Part shown: piece by piece, positions 1 through 12,119 of the stretch
Layout: each line of letters begins with the position of its first letter
Numbering within the stretch: the first letter of the stretch is position 1
NCBI GenBank assembly: GCA_951406725.2
Contig: OX597836.1
Coordinates: 26,536,001-26,600,000, forward strand
Direction of reading: 5' to 3'
DNA length: 64,000 bases
DNA from: Octopus vulgaris
Taxonomy: Eukaryota
Notes under the pieces: model-generated
What the model was told of the DNA's origin: nothing
What the model saw: only the letters and a program-made list of their open reading frames with translations
The model's database searches: none
Program-made: the position numbers and the translations under genes

Positions 1-316
1 ACTTGGGTCAGGTGGCTTTGATTTGCTCTCTACTGCTGTCTTCAAGCCACAAGAATACCAACCCCACATCAGAAGACCAAGTTTATATTAAGCAGCCTTT
101 TCACTGGGTCACAACTACAACAAGCATTAGATGTCATTCTTTGTATCCCATAGAGATGTATGCCGGGAAACAAAGTTCAGGAGTTGATATACTAACTAAA
201 ATCTTTAAATGCAGGGCTTCAGCACCATCCTAGTCCAATTATTAAAGCTAGCAAAAGAATATAAAATATTTTCCAAATCATAATTCCACAAGACAGTGGA
301 GGTGAGATAGCATTAC

Positions 317-516
317 CTGCACTATTTTCATTCTTGTTTTCCTGTGAAAATTCAGTTATTTCTACAACCAATTCCTTCTCTAGTTCTTTCTCCGGTTCCT
401 TCTCTGCACTCCCTTCATTATTATGAAACACCGAATCCAAAAAGTCAGCCTTCGTATCTTCAGGAAATGCTTGAGACGATGGCCTCGATGTGTTGTTACT
501 TTTCCGTTTAGTTCCA
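317..516 (-). CDS. MTMR14: MTMR14 exon 15 (3' boundary uncertain: donor at 316 or read-through to stop at 219)
   Basis: tttcag acceptor at 517-518 in the required phase; open frame GTKRKSNNTSRPSSQAFPEDTKADFLDSVFHNNEGSAEKEPEKE...; candidate CAG/GTAATG donor. Confidence 0.7.
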
Positions 517-562
517 CTGAAATTAGAAGAGAAAAAAACATTTGTGGTGTTAATCTCTAAAG

Positions 563-897
563 CAGCATTTCTCCACCGGGGATCCCTGGAACCCTAGGGT
601 TCTGCGAGAAAGAGGGAGATAAGCTAATGCTAATTTATGATTGTAATATTACTATACATGCACAACATATTATTGGTTATTGTAATATTGTAATATAGCC
701 CTCATCCTATCTAACCTATCATGTTATTATAACAACCATATATATATATATATATATACACATGATATTTACCACGTGGACTATGATGAAAGAAATATGA
801 GAAAGATATGGTATATGATTCTTTTTATGCAGGGATTCCTTGAGACATGTAATTTATTTTAAGGGTTATGCAAGGGTAAAAAGGTTGAGAAACACTG
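563..897. mobile_element. hAT (Charlie-like) MITE
   Basis: 8-bp TSD CTCTAAAG (555-562 and 898-905); imperfect TIRs CAGCATTTCTCCACC / GGTTGAGAAACACTG. Confidence 0.75.
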
Positions 898-1426
898 CTC
901 TAAAGTGATGATACATCCTAGATATTAGGACCATCTGGCAGTATATTATTTAGGGAAGGAAGAGAGGAAGGGGTTCAGGCATGTAAATATGTCCCTTTTA
1001 TCCATGCTTGTCTAGGTTGAATGGTTTGACAAGAACTAATGTACCAAAGGGTTCCACCAGGTTCTATGTCTGCTTTGGCATGGTTTGTACAAGTGAATGC
1101 CCTTCCTAATGCCAACCACTTAAGAGAGTATACTGGATGCTTTTTACATGGCACCAGCACCAGTGAGGTCAGCAAATAACCACAAAATAAGACCCTTATA
1201 CTGAATGGGGTATATACTAAAGGAATAAGGAACTATGATATGTTGCTGAAGAGGAGAATACATGGCTTGCCCACCTGGGAAGTGAGTGAGAGATAGTCTT
1301 CATCATATTTTCTATATATTTGACATTGGTAACAATGCCCCAGCATGGGCACAGCCAGTTGTACTAAACCAGTAAAAGAGAATACAAGAGATATATGTCT
1401 GACTAAAGCAGAAAAATGTTACTTAC

Positions 1427-1491
1427 CCAGAATAAACTGAGAAATCATCAGAAGTTATAAATTTCAAAAAATGGAAGCAAAATCGAAAAAT
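1427..1491 (-). CDS. MTMR14: MTMR14 exon 14
   Basis: IFRFCFHFLKFITSDDFSVYS (human IFFFCFNFLKHITSEEFS); tttcag/gtaagt. Confidence 0.92.
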
Positions 1492-1626
1492 CTGAAATTT
1501 AAAAATCAAAATATAAACTTCAACAAGTTAGGAATTCATGTTGTTGATTAACTTCAGTTTTCGTTAACAATTAAAAACACTTGATTTGGAGCTATATGTA
1601 TAAGAAGGGCACTTAGCAACAATATA

Positions 1627-2145
1627 TCTCTCTCTATATAAACAGCAGTTTGTTTGTCTGTCTGTGTGTCTGTCAGGTTGTACCCTCACCCTGACCACGG
1701 CTTTCAACCGATTCTGATGAAACTAAACACACACATAGCCCAATGTCATAATTCAAAACTAATGCAGCGAAAAGTTTGAAAAGTTCCCCTGGTTCTGAAA
1801 ATAATTGATAAATTCGACATGGGGTCGAGAATCTAAGCTTTTTATTTGCAACACATATTCTGTTGTAGTTTTCGCAACTTGCAATCGATTTTCACCAAAC
1901 TCATGGTGAAGCTTAATGTTACCCTAAGAAACTTAATTCTGCCGTTAGTTTTCCATGTAATACCTTACCATCAGAAAAAATCGATAAAATCATGCCATTT
2001 TGGGAAATTGCGTTCAAATTCAAGATGACATATTTTCGACAATATCTTTCACAAATTGGCAGGAATTTTTTTTAAATTCACAGCGAGCATCATGTCTGCT
2101 CCAGGGGCTCTTACATACCCAGGCAATGCCGGGCTATGCTGCTAG
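1627..2145 (+). mobile_element. Non-autonomous Helitron-like element
   Basis: A|TC 5' end, subterminal hairpin CCCAGGCAATGCCGGG, CTAG|T 3' end, no TSD. Confidence 0.65.
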
Positions 2146-2458
2146 TATATATATAAAGGTTAGTAGAGTTAGAGATTGGAATAACCGTCTAAGGGATAAA
2201 AATATCCGTTTTATTACCGGTATGATTATCTATGTTAACTCTGGACATACATATGCAAGCATATTATGCTTATTGGGTACAGGCAGTAATAAAGATAAAC
2301 AAGAGTTTATCAGGAATCAAATTTAAATTAAGTAGAAAAGGAGAAATATTGATCAACAACAAATGACATCAATTATTACTTTTTAATTCAAAGTAATAAT
2401 TGATGTAAGCCAATTGTTGTTGATCAATATTTCTCCATTTTCTGTTTACTTTACACAC

Positions 2459-2489
<31 letters not shown>

Positions 2490-2514
2490 TAAAACGATAA
2501 ACATCACCCTTTTC

Positions 2515-2806
2515 CAGCCTAGCCAGGCTCATGGGCCCGGTTTCTCAGTTTCTGTGGCATATGTGTTCCCCCCAGCTGGACAGGACACCAGTCCATCGCA
2601 GTGTTACTCAAGAAACAGGAAGAGAGAGTGAGAGAAAGTTGTCGTGAAAGAGTACAACAGGGGTCACCACCACCCCCTGCCGGAACCTCGTGGAGCTTTT
2701 AGGTGTTTTCACACAATAATAACACACAACACCTGGTCTGGGAATCGAAACCGCGATCCTCCGACCATGAGTCCACTGCCCTAACCACTGGGCCATTGCG
2801 CCTCCA
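2515..2806 (-). mobile_element. SINE with family-C head and a different 3' tail
   Basis: 2615-2806 matches the family-C head and body; 2515-2610 does not. Confidence 0.75.
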
Positions 2807-3055
2807 CATATATATACATACACACAGCAAACTCTGGATCTTTAGATTCACATCTGCTATATTCCAGGTAATAAAATCCAAAGCCTCCATTTAACTAAAT
2901 GAAGAAGCTAATGCAAGCGAAAGATGTCAACTGGAGGCTGGAGATAAGCAGTGCCAATACTTCAAGAAACCATTTAGTATAACAATACATTGAGTCATGT
3001 GAGATGTGTGTTCAACAAATATTCAATAAAAGAATTAATATTGGCAATCCCATAC

Positions 3056-3092
3056 CTCTTCTCCTTTATCGATTCTGTCAGGTAAACAGTGC
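3056..3092 (-). CDS. MTMR14: MTMR14 exon 13
   Basis: HCLPDRIDKGEE (human HMLVDRLSKGEE); tgtag/gtatgg. Confidence 0.9.
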
Positions 3093-5007
3093 CTACAATG
3101 AAAGACAAAGAAGATATATACAGGAATATTATAATAATAACAATAATCCTCTCTACAAAAGGTACAATGCATGAAATTGGTGGAGAGGGGATTAGTTGAT
3201 TACATCAACTCCAGTGTTTCACTGGTTCTTAATTTAGCGATTCCCGAAAAGATGAAAGGCAAAGTCAACCTCAGTGGTATTTGAACTCAGAACCTGAAGA
3301 TGGATGAAATACCACTAAGCATTTTGCTGGCATGCTATCGATTCTGCCATCTTAATAATCATGCAGTACCAAGCAGTGGCTCTCGTGGCTGCTGATCTTA
3401 ACTGATTGGAAGTGTTATCATGTACATTGTTTGTCTTGATATAAATGATGGGCTACAGCAAATATTCTGCTCAATACTACAGATTTGCTTGTCAGTTGTT
3501 TGACCTTAACCAGTTGAGCATGTCCTTTAGTGGCTGACGATATGTGCATCTCTGATCACGAGTACAAGCAGTGGTGGGAGCATCATAGCCATGTGTTGAG
3601 AGGGAATCTTTGGGGTTTGGGTAATTCACCTTTGGAAACATGGGTGTTTCATTCAACATCCTTAAACAACCCTTATTCAGGGACCTTTTGAGTGGGATGG
3701 GCTACTCGACCTGAAGAAAATTCTAACTGGGCCCCAGCTGCAAGGTCATGCACTGATTATCATGATACAAGGTCACCATGTCGTGCACATATGGTTGTGA
3801 TGCATGTGCCTAGTGAGCCCTTATCAGACGGCAGTGGCCATGATGGGTATACTGGGCTTCGTATATTTCATCCCAGTGTCACTTTGATGGCATGCACTGC
3901 TCTTTCACTAAATAATGATAATAATAATCCTTTTTATAGTAGACACAAGGCCTGACATTTTGTGAGAGGAGCCAAATCAATTACTTCAACTCAAATGTTC
4001 AACTGATATTTATTTCATCGACCCTGAAAGGATGAGAGGCAAAGTCAACCTCAATGGAATTTCAACTCAGAATGTAAAGGCAGAGAAAATGTCATCAAGT
4101 ATGCCATCAGTTCTGCCCGTTTGTCACCTTTATAATAATAATGGTTAATAGAAATAATTGAAAGGAGCCAGTGACATAGATTTGGATAATGAAGTTGAAG
4201 GGTGATGTACTGAATGTCAATGCAATAAATTCTTGGGTCCTACATTGCTAACTGTAAGAAGAACTTCTTAACATGCAAGGGACAAGCCTGGAGTCCCTGT
4301 AATGAGCTTCAAAATATCTGCCTATCAAATATTTCAAAGTAAACAAGGCTTGTTTTCTTTAGGGAGTATGTTGAGAGCATTCTTCTCTATGGAACTAAAA
4401 GCAAGGACTATCAAGAAGGGGTTACAAGATCACCTTGGTGCACTTTACACCAGGCTTCACAAGAAACCTTGCTAACATGTCATGGAACAAGGACAAACCA
4501 AATAGGAGATTAATGGACACATTCCACCGTTCGACATGGAGTAGGGTATGCAGACTACTACTATAATGATGAACACCTGATCATTCCACTATATTTAGGC
4601 TGTTGATAATAGACACACAACATTAAATTGAGGATCTACCAAACTCTAATGCAGGACAGAAATTCCTGGCGTGGTGTGATGTGGTGAAACACATTTCAAA
4701 TGCGAAGGTTTAAAGAAGAAATCCATCTCTGTCAGAGAAAGAAAAGGAAAAAATTAGCTGCAATTGTTTTGTTGAGAAAAAGAGGGAGATAATTCCCTGT
4801 CAAGAAGGGAGACAATTTCAATAGACTGAGCCATAGTTTCTGGAGTGAATTTGTTTGAAGGACAGCCTGTCTTTGTCTGTAAGCAAAGGACAACTTTGAA
4901 CATGATCATGACCCCCAACAGAACTAGTGTAGTTTTGTAAATCCTAGTCCCTACATTACACTGACTTGAGGGCTGAATTGTGACAAAAAGAAAAAAACAT
5001 TACTCAC

Positions 5008-5170
5008 CCAAACAGATACCAGTCATATGCTATGGTGAGGTAAAGTATCTCTTCTGGCTTAAGTGACTGATGTATGGCACCATCAGCCCACAATGAAAGA
5101 CGAAGTAAGGAAATATAGAGAGGGGTTCGATCCCATCCAGAGATACAATGGACCAAGATTCCTGAAGACC
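5008..5170 (-). CDS. MTMR14: MTMR14 exon 12, phosphatase active site
   Basis: SSGILVHCISGWDRTPLYISLLRLSLWADGAIHQSLKPEEILYLTIAYDWYLFG; intact CX5R motif HCISGWDRT typical of MTMR14. Confidence 0.98.
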
Positions 5171-6572
5171 CTACAAAAGATAAAGAGAGAAAAATAAAAC
5201 ACTGAAACAAAGATATTACATTCATGGATAGTGTGACTGTTATTGTTTAACCCTCGGTTAGCAGTGGTCGAACAGGTCAATGGCACACACATAGTAAATA
5301 ACAATGCATGATCTACAAGCCCATTGCATTATATAAACCATGGTTCTGTCTAATAAACGACCATTTTGTGCACTGTGATATGCAATGGTTTATTATATAC
5401 AAAGCAGTTAACAGAGTAATGTTGCACCCTTCTCCCTCGTCCAGCTTCTAGTATAGATGTCTGGGTATTCTAGTTGAGGTTTGACTTGAAATGTGGTAAG
5501 TTGTTGGTTGGAAAAAGAGGAACAAAATTGATGGTTTCAGGAAGAAAAGATTGGGTTTATATAATTTCTGCAGAGAAAAATATGTAATTGCCAGAGAAGA
5601 AAATACAATGTCTTAAGAAAATATATCTTATTTCTGTCTCTCATATTGACCTTGTACCTTAATCTCAAATATCTCTCCCTCTTTCCAGATAGAGAACTAT
5701 GTATTCACCTCTTAAGAAAGAGGCCTGCTCTTCCCTCCTATCATACTTTTATATCCCTCAATACTGAACCCAACTCAACTGATGGGGAACTTGTCTTGCA
5801 AGTACTTGGTGACCTCACCAGTGCTGGTGCCATGAAAAGAAAAAAAATCACCCAGTACATTCTGTGAAGAGGTTGGTATAAGGAAGGGTAACTAGCTATG
5901 GAAGCCATGCCAAAGCAGACATTGGAGTTCAGCACAGCTCCCGGGTTCATCTGTTCAGGTCAAACATCTAACCCATGCCAGCATAGAAAAGGAACATCAA
6001 ATGATGATGATTACAGTGGTGGTAGCAGTGGTGATGGGGATCATGATCATGATGGTGATGAAGAAAATATATCTGCAGAAGGAATTATAATATTGCTAGA
6101 GGAAAATATATTTCATCCAAAAACAGGACGGGACTCAATGTCTATGTAAGAGAGACTGGAGAATTGGGAAGAAAAGTGTTGAGTAGTGGGCCTTCTTGTT
6201 TTTTGGGGGTTTTTTTATAAGACAGTCCTATACTTAATGAGACTGGTGTGGACAATGGCCAACATGAATATTTGTAGGTCAGTGCAGGGACGAGGAGGGT
6301 AAACAGCAGTCAGATTTGAACACTTGCAACAGTATTATCTCCTGTTCATACAACAAACAGTTGAACAGAAAAATAGCATTATGTAAAATGTGGTTGAATG
6401 TGGTGGTGGTGATGGAGGTACAGAATTTGACAGAGAATTAGATGTAAAGGATTAAGAAGAGACCCAGTGCAGAGAGGGGCTATGAGGTTATTATAGAAAA
6501 ACAGGGATAGAGAAAGAGGGAGAGTAAGAGTGAAGGAGGAAAAGAATGGGAAGCGAAAATAGTTTTACAAAC

Positions 6573-6636
6573 CTTCTCTTATAAGTGATATGAGCAGTTT
6601 AAAATAGTTCTTGGTCAACAAAAGTAGATCCCAGTC
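6573..6636 (-). CDS. MTMR14: MTMR14 exon 11
   Basis: DWDLLLLTKNYFKLLISLIRE (human CWDLVQQTQNYLKLLLSLV). Confidence 0.92.
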
Positions 6637-6906
6637 CTGTAAGGAGAAAATCAAGTTGTTCTCTTAAATAATTTCTATATATATAAAAGGCCAAATGACA
6701 CATCCTTTTTTTTTATTGTTTAATGCTTTCTTTTTGTCATGCTCCAGAAATGAAGAATGCAGAGAAGAAAGACTGAATGAAAACAAAAGATGGGATGAAA
6801 GGGATTTTTGAAGAACAAGATATATTCAAGAGTTACACCTGATTGACAAGGGATCTGACCTGATATTGGGTGTTGAAACTAAAACATTGATGTTGTAGTA
6901 AAGTCA

Positions 6907-7312
6907 GGCGCAGGAGTGGCTGTGTGTTAAGTAGCTTGCTTACCAACCACATGGTTCCGGGTTCAGTCCCACTGCGTGACACCTTGGGCAAGTGTCTTCT
7001 ACTATAGCCTCGGACTGACCGAAGCCTTGTGAGTGGATTTGGTAGACAGAAACTGAAAGAAGCCTGTCGTATATATGTATATATATATGTGTGTATGTTT
7101 ATGTGTCTGTGTTTGTCCCCCTAGCATTGCTTGACAACCGATGCTGCTGTGTTTATGTCCCCGTCACTTAGCGGTTCAGCAAAAGAGACCGATAGAATAA
7201 GTACTGGGCTTACAAAGAATAAGTCCCGGGGTCGAGTTGCTCGATTAAAGGCGATGCTCCAGCATGGCCACAGTCAAAATGACTGAAACAAGTAAAAAGA
7301 GAATAAAAAGAG
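6907..7312 (+). mobile_element. tRNA-derived SINE family A (full length)
   Basis: A/B-box-like head GGAGTGGCTGTGTG..GGTTCAGTCCC and (AAAGAGT)-like tail; near-identical copies at 21553-21974(+), 34082-34462(+), 11400-11785(-) and 40012-40379(-). Confidence 0.85.
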
Positions 7313-7545
7313 AAAAATATTATGGAACCAAATTTAGATACTTTCATCAGAGTGCTAAAGACACACAAGGACAGATCTACCACCAAAATGTTAGCATTGC
7401 ACTTACCGTCCAAAATAATAAGCTTACCTCAGGTGGAAGGCTATCACCTGAGGTAGATTTACAGTCCAAGACGTAAGATTTATAACTCAAAGACAGGCCA
7501 GTTCCCTTCCCCAAGAAATGTAAAATCCAGACAATTGTGACATAC

Positions 7546-7620
7546 CTTATAGAACTCCCAGTGAACATCAGTTAAAGAATAGAGTTCGTTTGGAATATCT
7601 AAAGCAGCATCAATGGAGGG
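7546..7620 (-). CDS. MTMR14: MTMR14 exon 10
   Basis: PSIDAALDIPNELYSLTDVHWEFYK (human DYVDAPLSIP...NIDWSQYQ); 75 nt, phase 0/0. Confidence 0.88.
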
Positions 7621-7679
7621 CTAAAGTTAGAAACAAAATTGGGAAAAGGTAAAATAAATACATGAAAACAGGATTATAA

Positions 7680-8010
7680 TAATAATAATAATGAAATTAT
7701 TGTATACAGTGCTCAGGTGCACCACAACTTGTCAGAAAGTGCGTATAAAGTGTATGCAGTAATGTACAAATGTCCGGAAAGCGAACAGTGTATGAGTCAG
7801 ATACATGCTTGCGTGTGTATGGTGGTGGTGGGGGGGGGAAATCAGGTGTAGTGTTGGCGAATCTCAGGAAGCATGGAAGTTTTGAAGGATGCAGTGCTCC
7901 GACAACTAACAACTGATGTCAGCAGTTTGTTCCATGCTTCAGCAACTCTCAGCGTGAAAAAATGTTTCCTAAAGTCATGGGAGCTGTGCTGTTTTCTGAC
8001 TTTGTAAATA
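7680..8010 (-). mobile_element. CR1-like LINE 3' end, inverted relative to 8090-8575
   Basis: Reverse complement of about 8254-8570 with scattered differences. Confidence 0.8.
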
Positions 8011-8089
8011 TGTAATTTTCTAATTTTCTGACTTAGTAAATTAGAGTTACATAGTGAGGAAACAACAGTTAGACAAACGTTGTACTATA

Positions 8090-8575
8090 TATACACACAT
8101 ATTCTGAACGCCTTACTTCCCTGGGCATGGATACATTGAAACTCCGACATCTGGCAGCTGATTGGCAGACACCCATAAAATTATTAACCATCTTACAAAC
8201 AATAACTCTGAGCATCTTTTCAAACTCCACATGTCTAACACCCGTGGTCATGTTTACAAAGTCAGAAAACAGCACAGCTCCCATGACTTTCGGAAACATA
8301 TTTTCATGCTAAGAGTTGCTGAAGTATGGAACAAACTGCCGGCATCAGTTGTTAGTTGTCGGAGCACTGCATCCTTCAAAACTTCCATGCTTCCTGAGAT
8401 TCGCCAACACTACACCTGATTTTCTCCCCTCCATACACATGCAAGCATGTATCTCACTCATACATTGTTCACTTCCCAGACATTTGTTCATTACTGCATA
8501 TGCTTTATATGCACTTTTGACAAGTTGTGGTGCACCTGAGCACTGTATACAATAATTTCCTTATTATTATTATTA
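8090..8575 (+). mobile_element. CR1-like LINE 3' end
   Basis: ORF ...SNTRGHVYKVRKQHSSHDFRKHIFMLRVAEVWNKLPASVV (TRGH and WNxLP motifs); (ATT)n tail. Confidence 0.8.
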
Positions 8576-10023
8576 TATATATATACTTTGAATCATAGGA
8601 TTATTTCTCAATACAAACATCAAACCAAGATGTTAGATGTTAGTACAATAACATACCCTGCCAGCACTAAGTGACTGATAAATTATCTTGTGGTGATGGT
8701 GTATAATACAGTTATAACAGCAGAAACAACTTAATATAAGATATTGTTTAAGAAGATGGACATGGAGGAAGATACTCTGTAGTGTAATTTCTAACATGGT
8801 CACTGGAAAATGTCTGTTTTTTCCATGCTTGCAAGGGTTAGACAAATATATCAAGGAGGCATTGCTTTTCCACCAGACACCCTTCCTGGCACTGATCCTT
8901 ACAAGTTTTTCAAGTAAGGGATCTTTTATTCCACACATCTTCGAAGGCATAAAACTAGTAAACAATCTGTTGGCAGAGTAAATGACAAAATGCTGCTGCA
9001 TTTAGCCCAATGATTTTCAGAGAAGCACCAATGTAAACTAAGGCAAACACTTACACACACACACATATACATACATACATGAATATGCATGTTTGTCATT
9101 TACTCCACCAACAGATTATTTACTAGTTTTATGCCTTCGAAGACGTGTGGGATAAAAGATCCCTTGCTTGAAAAATTGTGTGTGTATGTGTATGTATATA
9201 TATATATATATATATACACACACGCACACACAACATGCTTCTTTCAATATCTGTCTACCAAATCTACTCACAAGGCTTTGGTGGGCCTGGGGCTATAGTA
9301 GAAGAAACCAGCCCAAGGTGCATGCAATTTGATTGAACCCAGAACCATGTGGTTGGGAAGCAAACTTCTTACCACACAGCCATGTAATGTATATATATTA
9401 TATATATACAAAGTGAGATAGAGGTTGTGAGTGTAACCCACTATGGGATAACATTTATCCAATATACTGCCAGTAGTTCCTATATAATTAGTTAATAAAT
9501 TATATGAATTGGTATTTTCTAGTAGTTGATGATTGATTAAAATCTATTCCTCCAATTTCTTATTATATATATATATATATATATATACGTTTAAATATTT
9601 GTTGTGCAAGCTACATGGCATCCTCATTAGTACTGGTGGCACCAAAAAAAAAAAATCACCAAATCACCCAGTACAAACTGTAAAGTGGTTGGACATTAGG
9701 AAGGGCCTCCAGCCATAGGAACCATACTAAAGACACTGGAGTATGATGCACTCCTTTGGCCTCATCAGATCCTGTCAAACCGTCCAACCCATGCCAACAT
9801 GAAAAACAGACATATGGTGGTGGTGATAAGCTTCTTCATTTGCCGTTCACAAAACTTTGGTTGGTTTTGGACGATAGTAGATGACACTTGCCCATGGTGT
9901 CACACAGTGGGACTGAACCCAGAACCGTGTGCTCTGGAAGCAGAATTCTTACCACGCGACCACGCTTGCTCCTGTAACCTCAATCACTATTCATTAACAG
10001 ACAACGACAACTATTTTACTTAC

Positions 10024-10094
10024 TTGGTTCCAGTCGTATTTAACTTCCTGTCCGCAATAAGCGTGCTCCTTCCATTCCTTAAAAAATTCACAGC
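10024..10094 (-). CDS. MTMR14: MTMR14 exon 9
   Basis: CEFFKEWKEHAYCGQEVKYDWNQ (human CEFFKEYKDRDY...FNWKQ); tttcag/gtaagt. Confidence 0.95.
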
Positions 10095-10142
10095 CTGAAA
10101 TTATCGAAGAATTTTTTTTGTCATGAAAATAGAATGGCTTAA

Positions 10143-10583
10143 CTCTTTAGTGTTCAGATTACTCTGTTAAATGTAATACTTTCTCACTCAAATTGTCTTG
10201 AATTAATCATGCATTATCTTATAGCTTTGAGGTTTCAATGATCATCATCATCATCATCATCATTTAACGTCCGCTTTCCATGCTAGCATGGGTTGGACGG
10301 TTCAACTGGGGTCTGGGGAGCCCGAAGGCTGCACCAGGCCAGTCAGATCTGGCAGTGTTTCTACAGCTGGATACCCTTCCTAACGCCAACCACTCCGAGA
10401 GTGTAGTGGGTGATTTTATGTGCCACCGACACAGGTGCCAGACGAGGCTGGCGAACGGCCACGCTCGGATGGTATTTTTAGAATGTCAATGTAGGTTAGG
10501 TGTGAGAGGCCAGATCTAGCCAGTTTGAATATAAAACATGTAGAATATTTGGGCCAGATATGGCCGGTTTAAACACTAAAGGG
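10143..10583. mobile_element. piggyBac-type MITE interrupted by a (GAT)n-tailed retroposon (about 10241-10480)
   Basis: TTAA-CTCTTTAGTGTT ... AACACTAAAGGG-TTAA; related copies near 27220-27447 and 51030-51240. Confidence 0.6.
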
Positions 10584-10697
10584 TTAAGTGAGCTTGAAGT
10601 AACTAGGCTACCGACCATGCTACTACAACATTTATAATGGTGCCACTGAGCAAGGAAAAGCATAAAGTGTGGTGGTGGTGGTGGTGGTGGTGTTAGT

Positions 10698-11078
10698 GGC
10701 AATGGCCCAGTGGTTAGGGCAGCGGACTCACGGTCGGAGGATCGCGGTTTCGATTCCCAGACCGGGCGTTGTGAGTGTTTATTGAGCGAAAACACCTAAA
10801 GCTCCACGAGGCTCCGGCAGGGGATGGTGGTGATCCCTGCTGTATTCTTTCACCGCAACTTTCTCTCACTCTTACTTCCTGTTTCTGTTATACCTGTATT
10901 TCAAAGGGCCGGCCTTGTCACTCTCTGTGTCACGCTGAATATCCCCGAGAACTACGTTAAGGGTACACGTGTCTGTGGAGTGCTCAGCCACTTACACGTT
11001 AATTTCACGAGCAGGCTGTTCCGTTGATTCGGATCAACCGGAACTCTCATCGTCGTAACCAACGGAGTGCTTCCATCC
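10698..11078 (+). mobile_element. tRNA-derived SINE family C
   Basis: Head GGCCCAGTGGTTAGGGCAGCGGACTC..GGTTTCGATTCCC; near-identical minus copies at 57541-57905 and 62053-62440. Confidence 0.85.
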
Positions 11079-11399
11079 CAGTAGTGGTGGAGACAGTGGT
11101 AGTGGTAATGATGGTGGGGGTGGTAAGATTTAAAGTTGTGACCATTTGGTGAGCAGCTAACCATTTTGGTCCACAAGAACAACAATTGTAAGAAGAACAA
11201 TAACAAGTACTGCTGCTGCTGCAACAACACAAACCAATAAGAGAGGGCTCTTAGTAGTCGTTTGAGCTAAGCTGCTAGAAATAGCAGCTGAATCTCTTTC
11301 AAATCATATGTTGTCTTAAGAAAAAAAATGAGGAATAATTGAGGAATGTGGTCCTGTTATCACATGATGTCTTAAAATAATAGAGACAGCATGGTTAGG

Positions 11400-11785
11400 T
11401 TTACTCTCTCTTACTCTTTTACTTGTTTCAGTCAGTTGACTGTGGCCGTGCTGGAGCACCGCCTTTCGTCGAGCAAATCAACCCTAGGACTTATTCTTTG
11501 TAAGCCTAGTACTTATTCTAGCGTTCTCTTCTGCCAAACTGCTAAGTTACGGGGACATAAACACACCAGCATCGGTTGTCAAGCGATGTTGGGGGGACAA
11601 ACACAGACACACAAACATATACACACACATACATATATATGACGGGCTTCTTTCAGTTTCCGTTTACCAAATCCACTCACAAGGTTTTGGTTGGCCCGAG
11701 GCTATAGTAGAAGACACTTGCCCAAGGTGCCACGCAGTGGGACTGAACCCGGAACCATGTGGTTGGTAAGCAAGCTACTTACCAC
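11400..11785 (-). mobile_element. SINE family A
   Basis: Reverse complement of 6907-7312. Confidence 0.85.
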
Positions 11786-11963
11786 CTGACCATAAGTCTA
11801 TTCCATCTGGATTGGCCTGGGGCTAAACAACAATTAACAACACAAATAGCAGTCACAGCAAACAAAACCGACAACAGAAACAGTGATATCAACATCATCA
11901 AGTAGATGATGATGATGATGATGATGATGATGAAAAAGAAAAAGAAGAAGCAGCTTCACTTAC

Positions 11964-12037
11964 CAGGATAAGGAAGAGACAAAAGACAGAAATCGGAATA
12001 GCGACTTTCCTTGTCAACTTTCTCGGAAGAGGCCACC
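11964..12037 (-). CDS. MTMR14: MTMR14 exon 8
   Basis: VASSEKVDKESRYSDFCLLSLPYPG (human VTSSEKVDKAQRYADFTLLSIPYPG). Confidence 0.95.
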
Positions 12038-12119
12038 CTGAAAATAAAACCAGAAAAAAAAGTCTTTAAGAGAATTAATATTTGATTAATAAATGGAGGG
12101 TTATCCTATGGCAGCCTGT

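Noticed and set aside
10698-10770. tRNA-like sequence, and similar heads at 6907, 37155, 45938 and 62370
   Set aside because: These continue into multi-copy SINE bodies and lack a complete acceptor stem; they are SINE heads, not tRNA genes
10824-11027. The same 67-aa ORF (MVVIPAV..SRLFR) three times, also at 57587 and 62104
   Set aside because: Lies within SINE family C; the similarity reflects repeat identity, not a gene family
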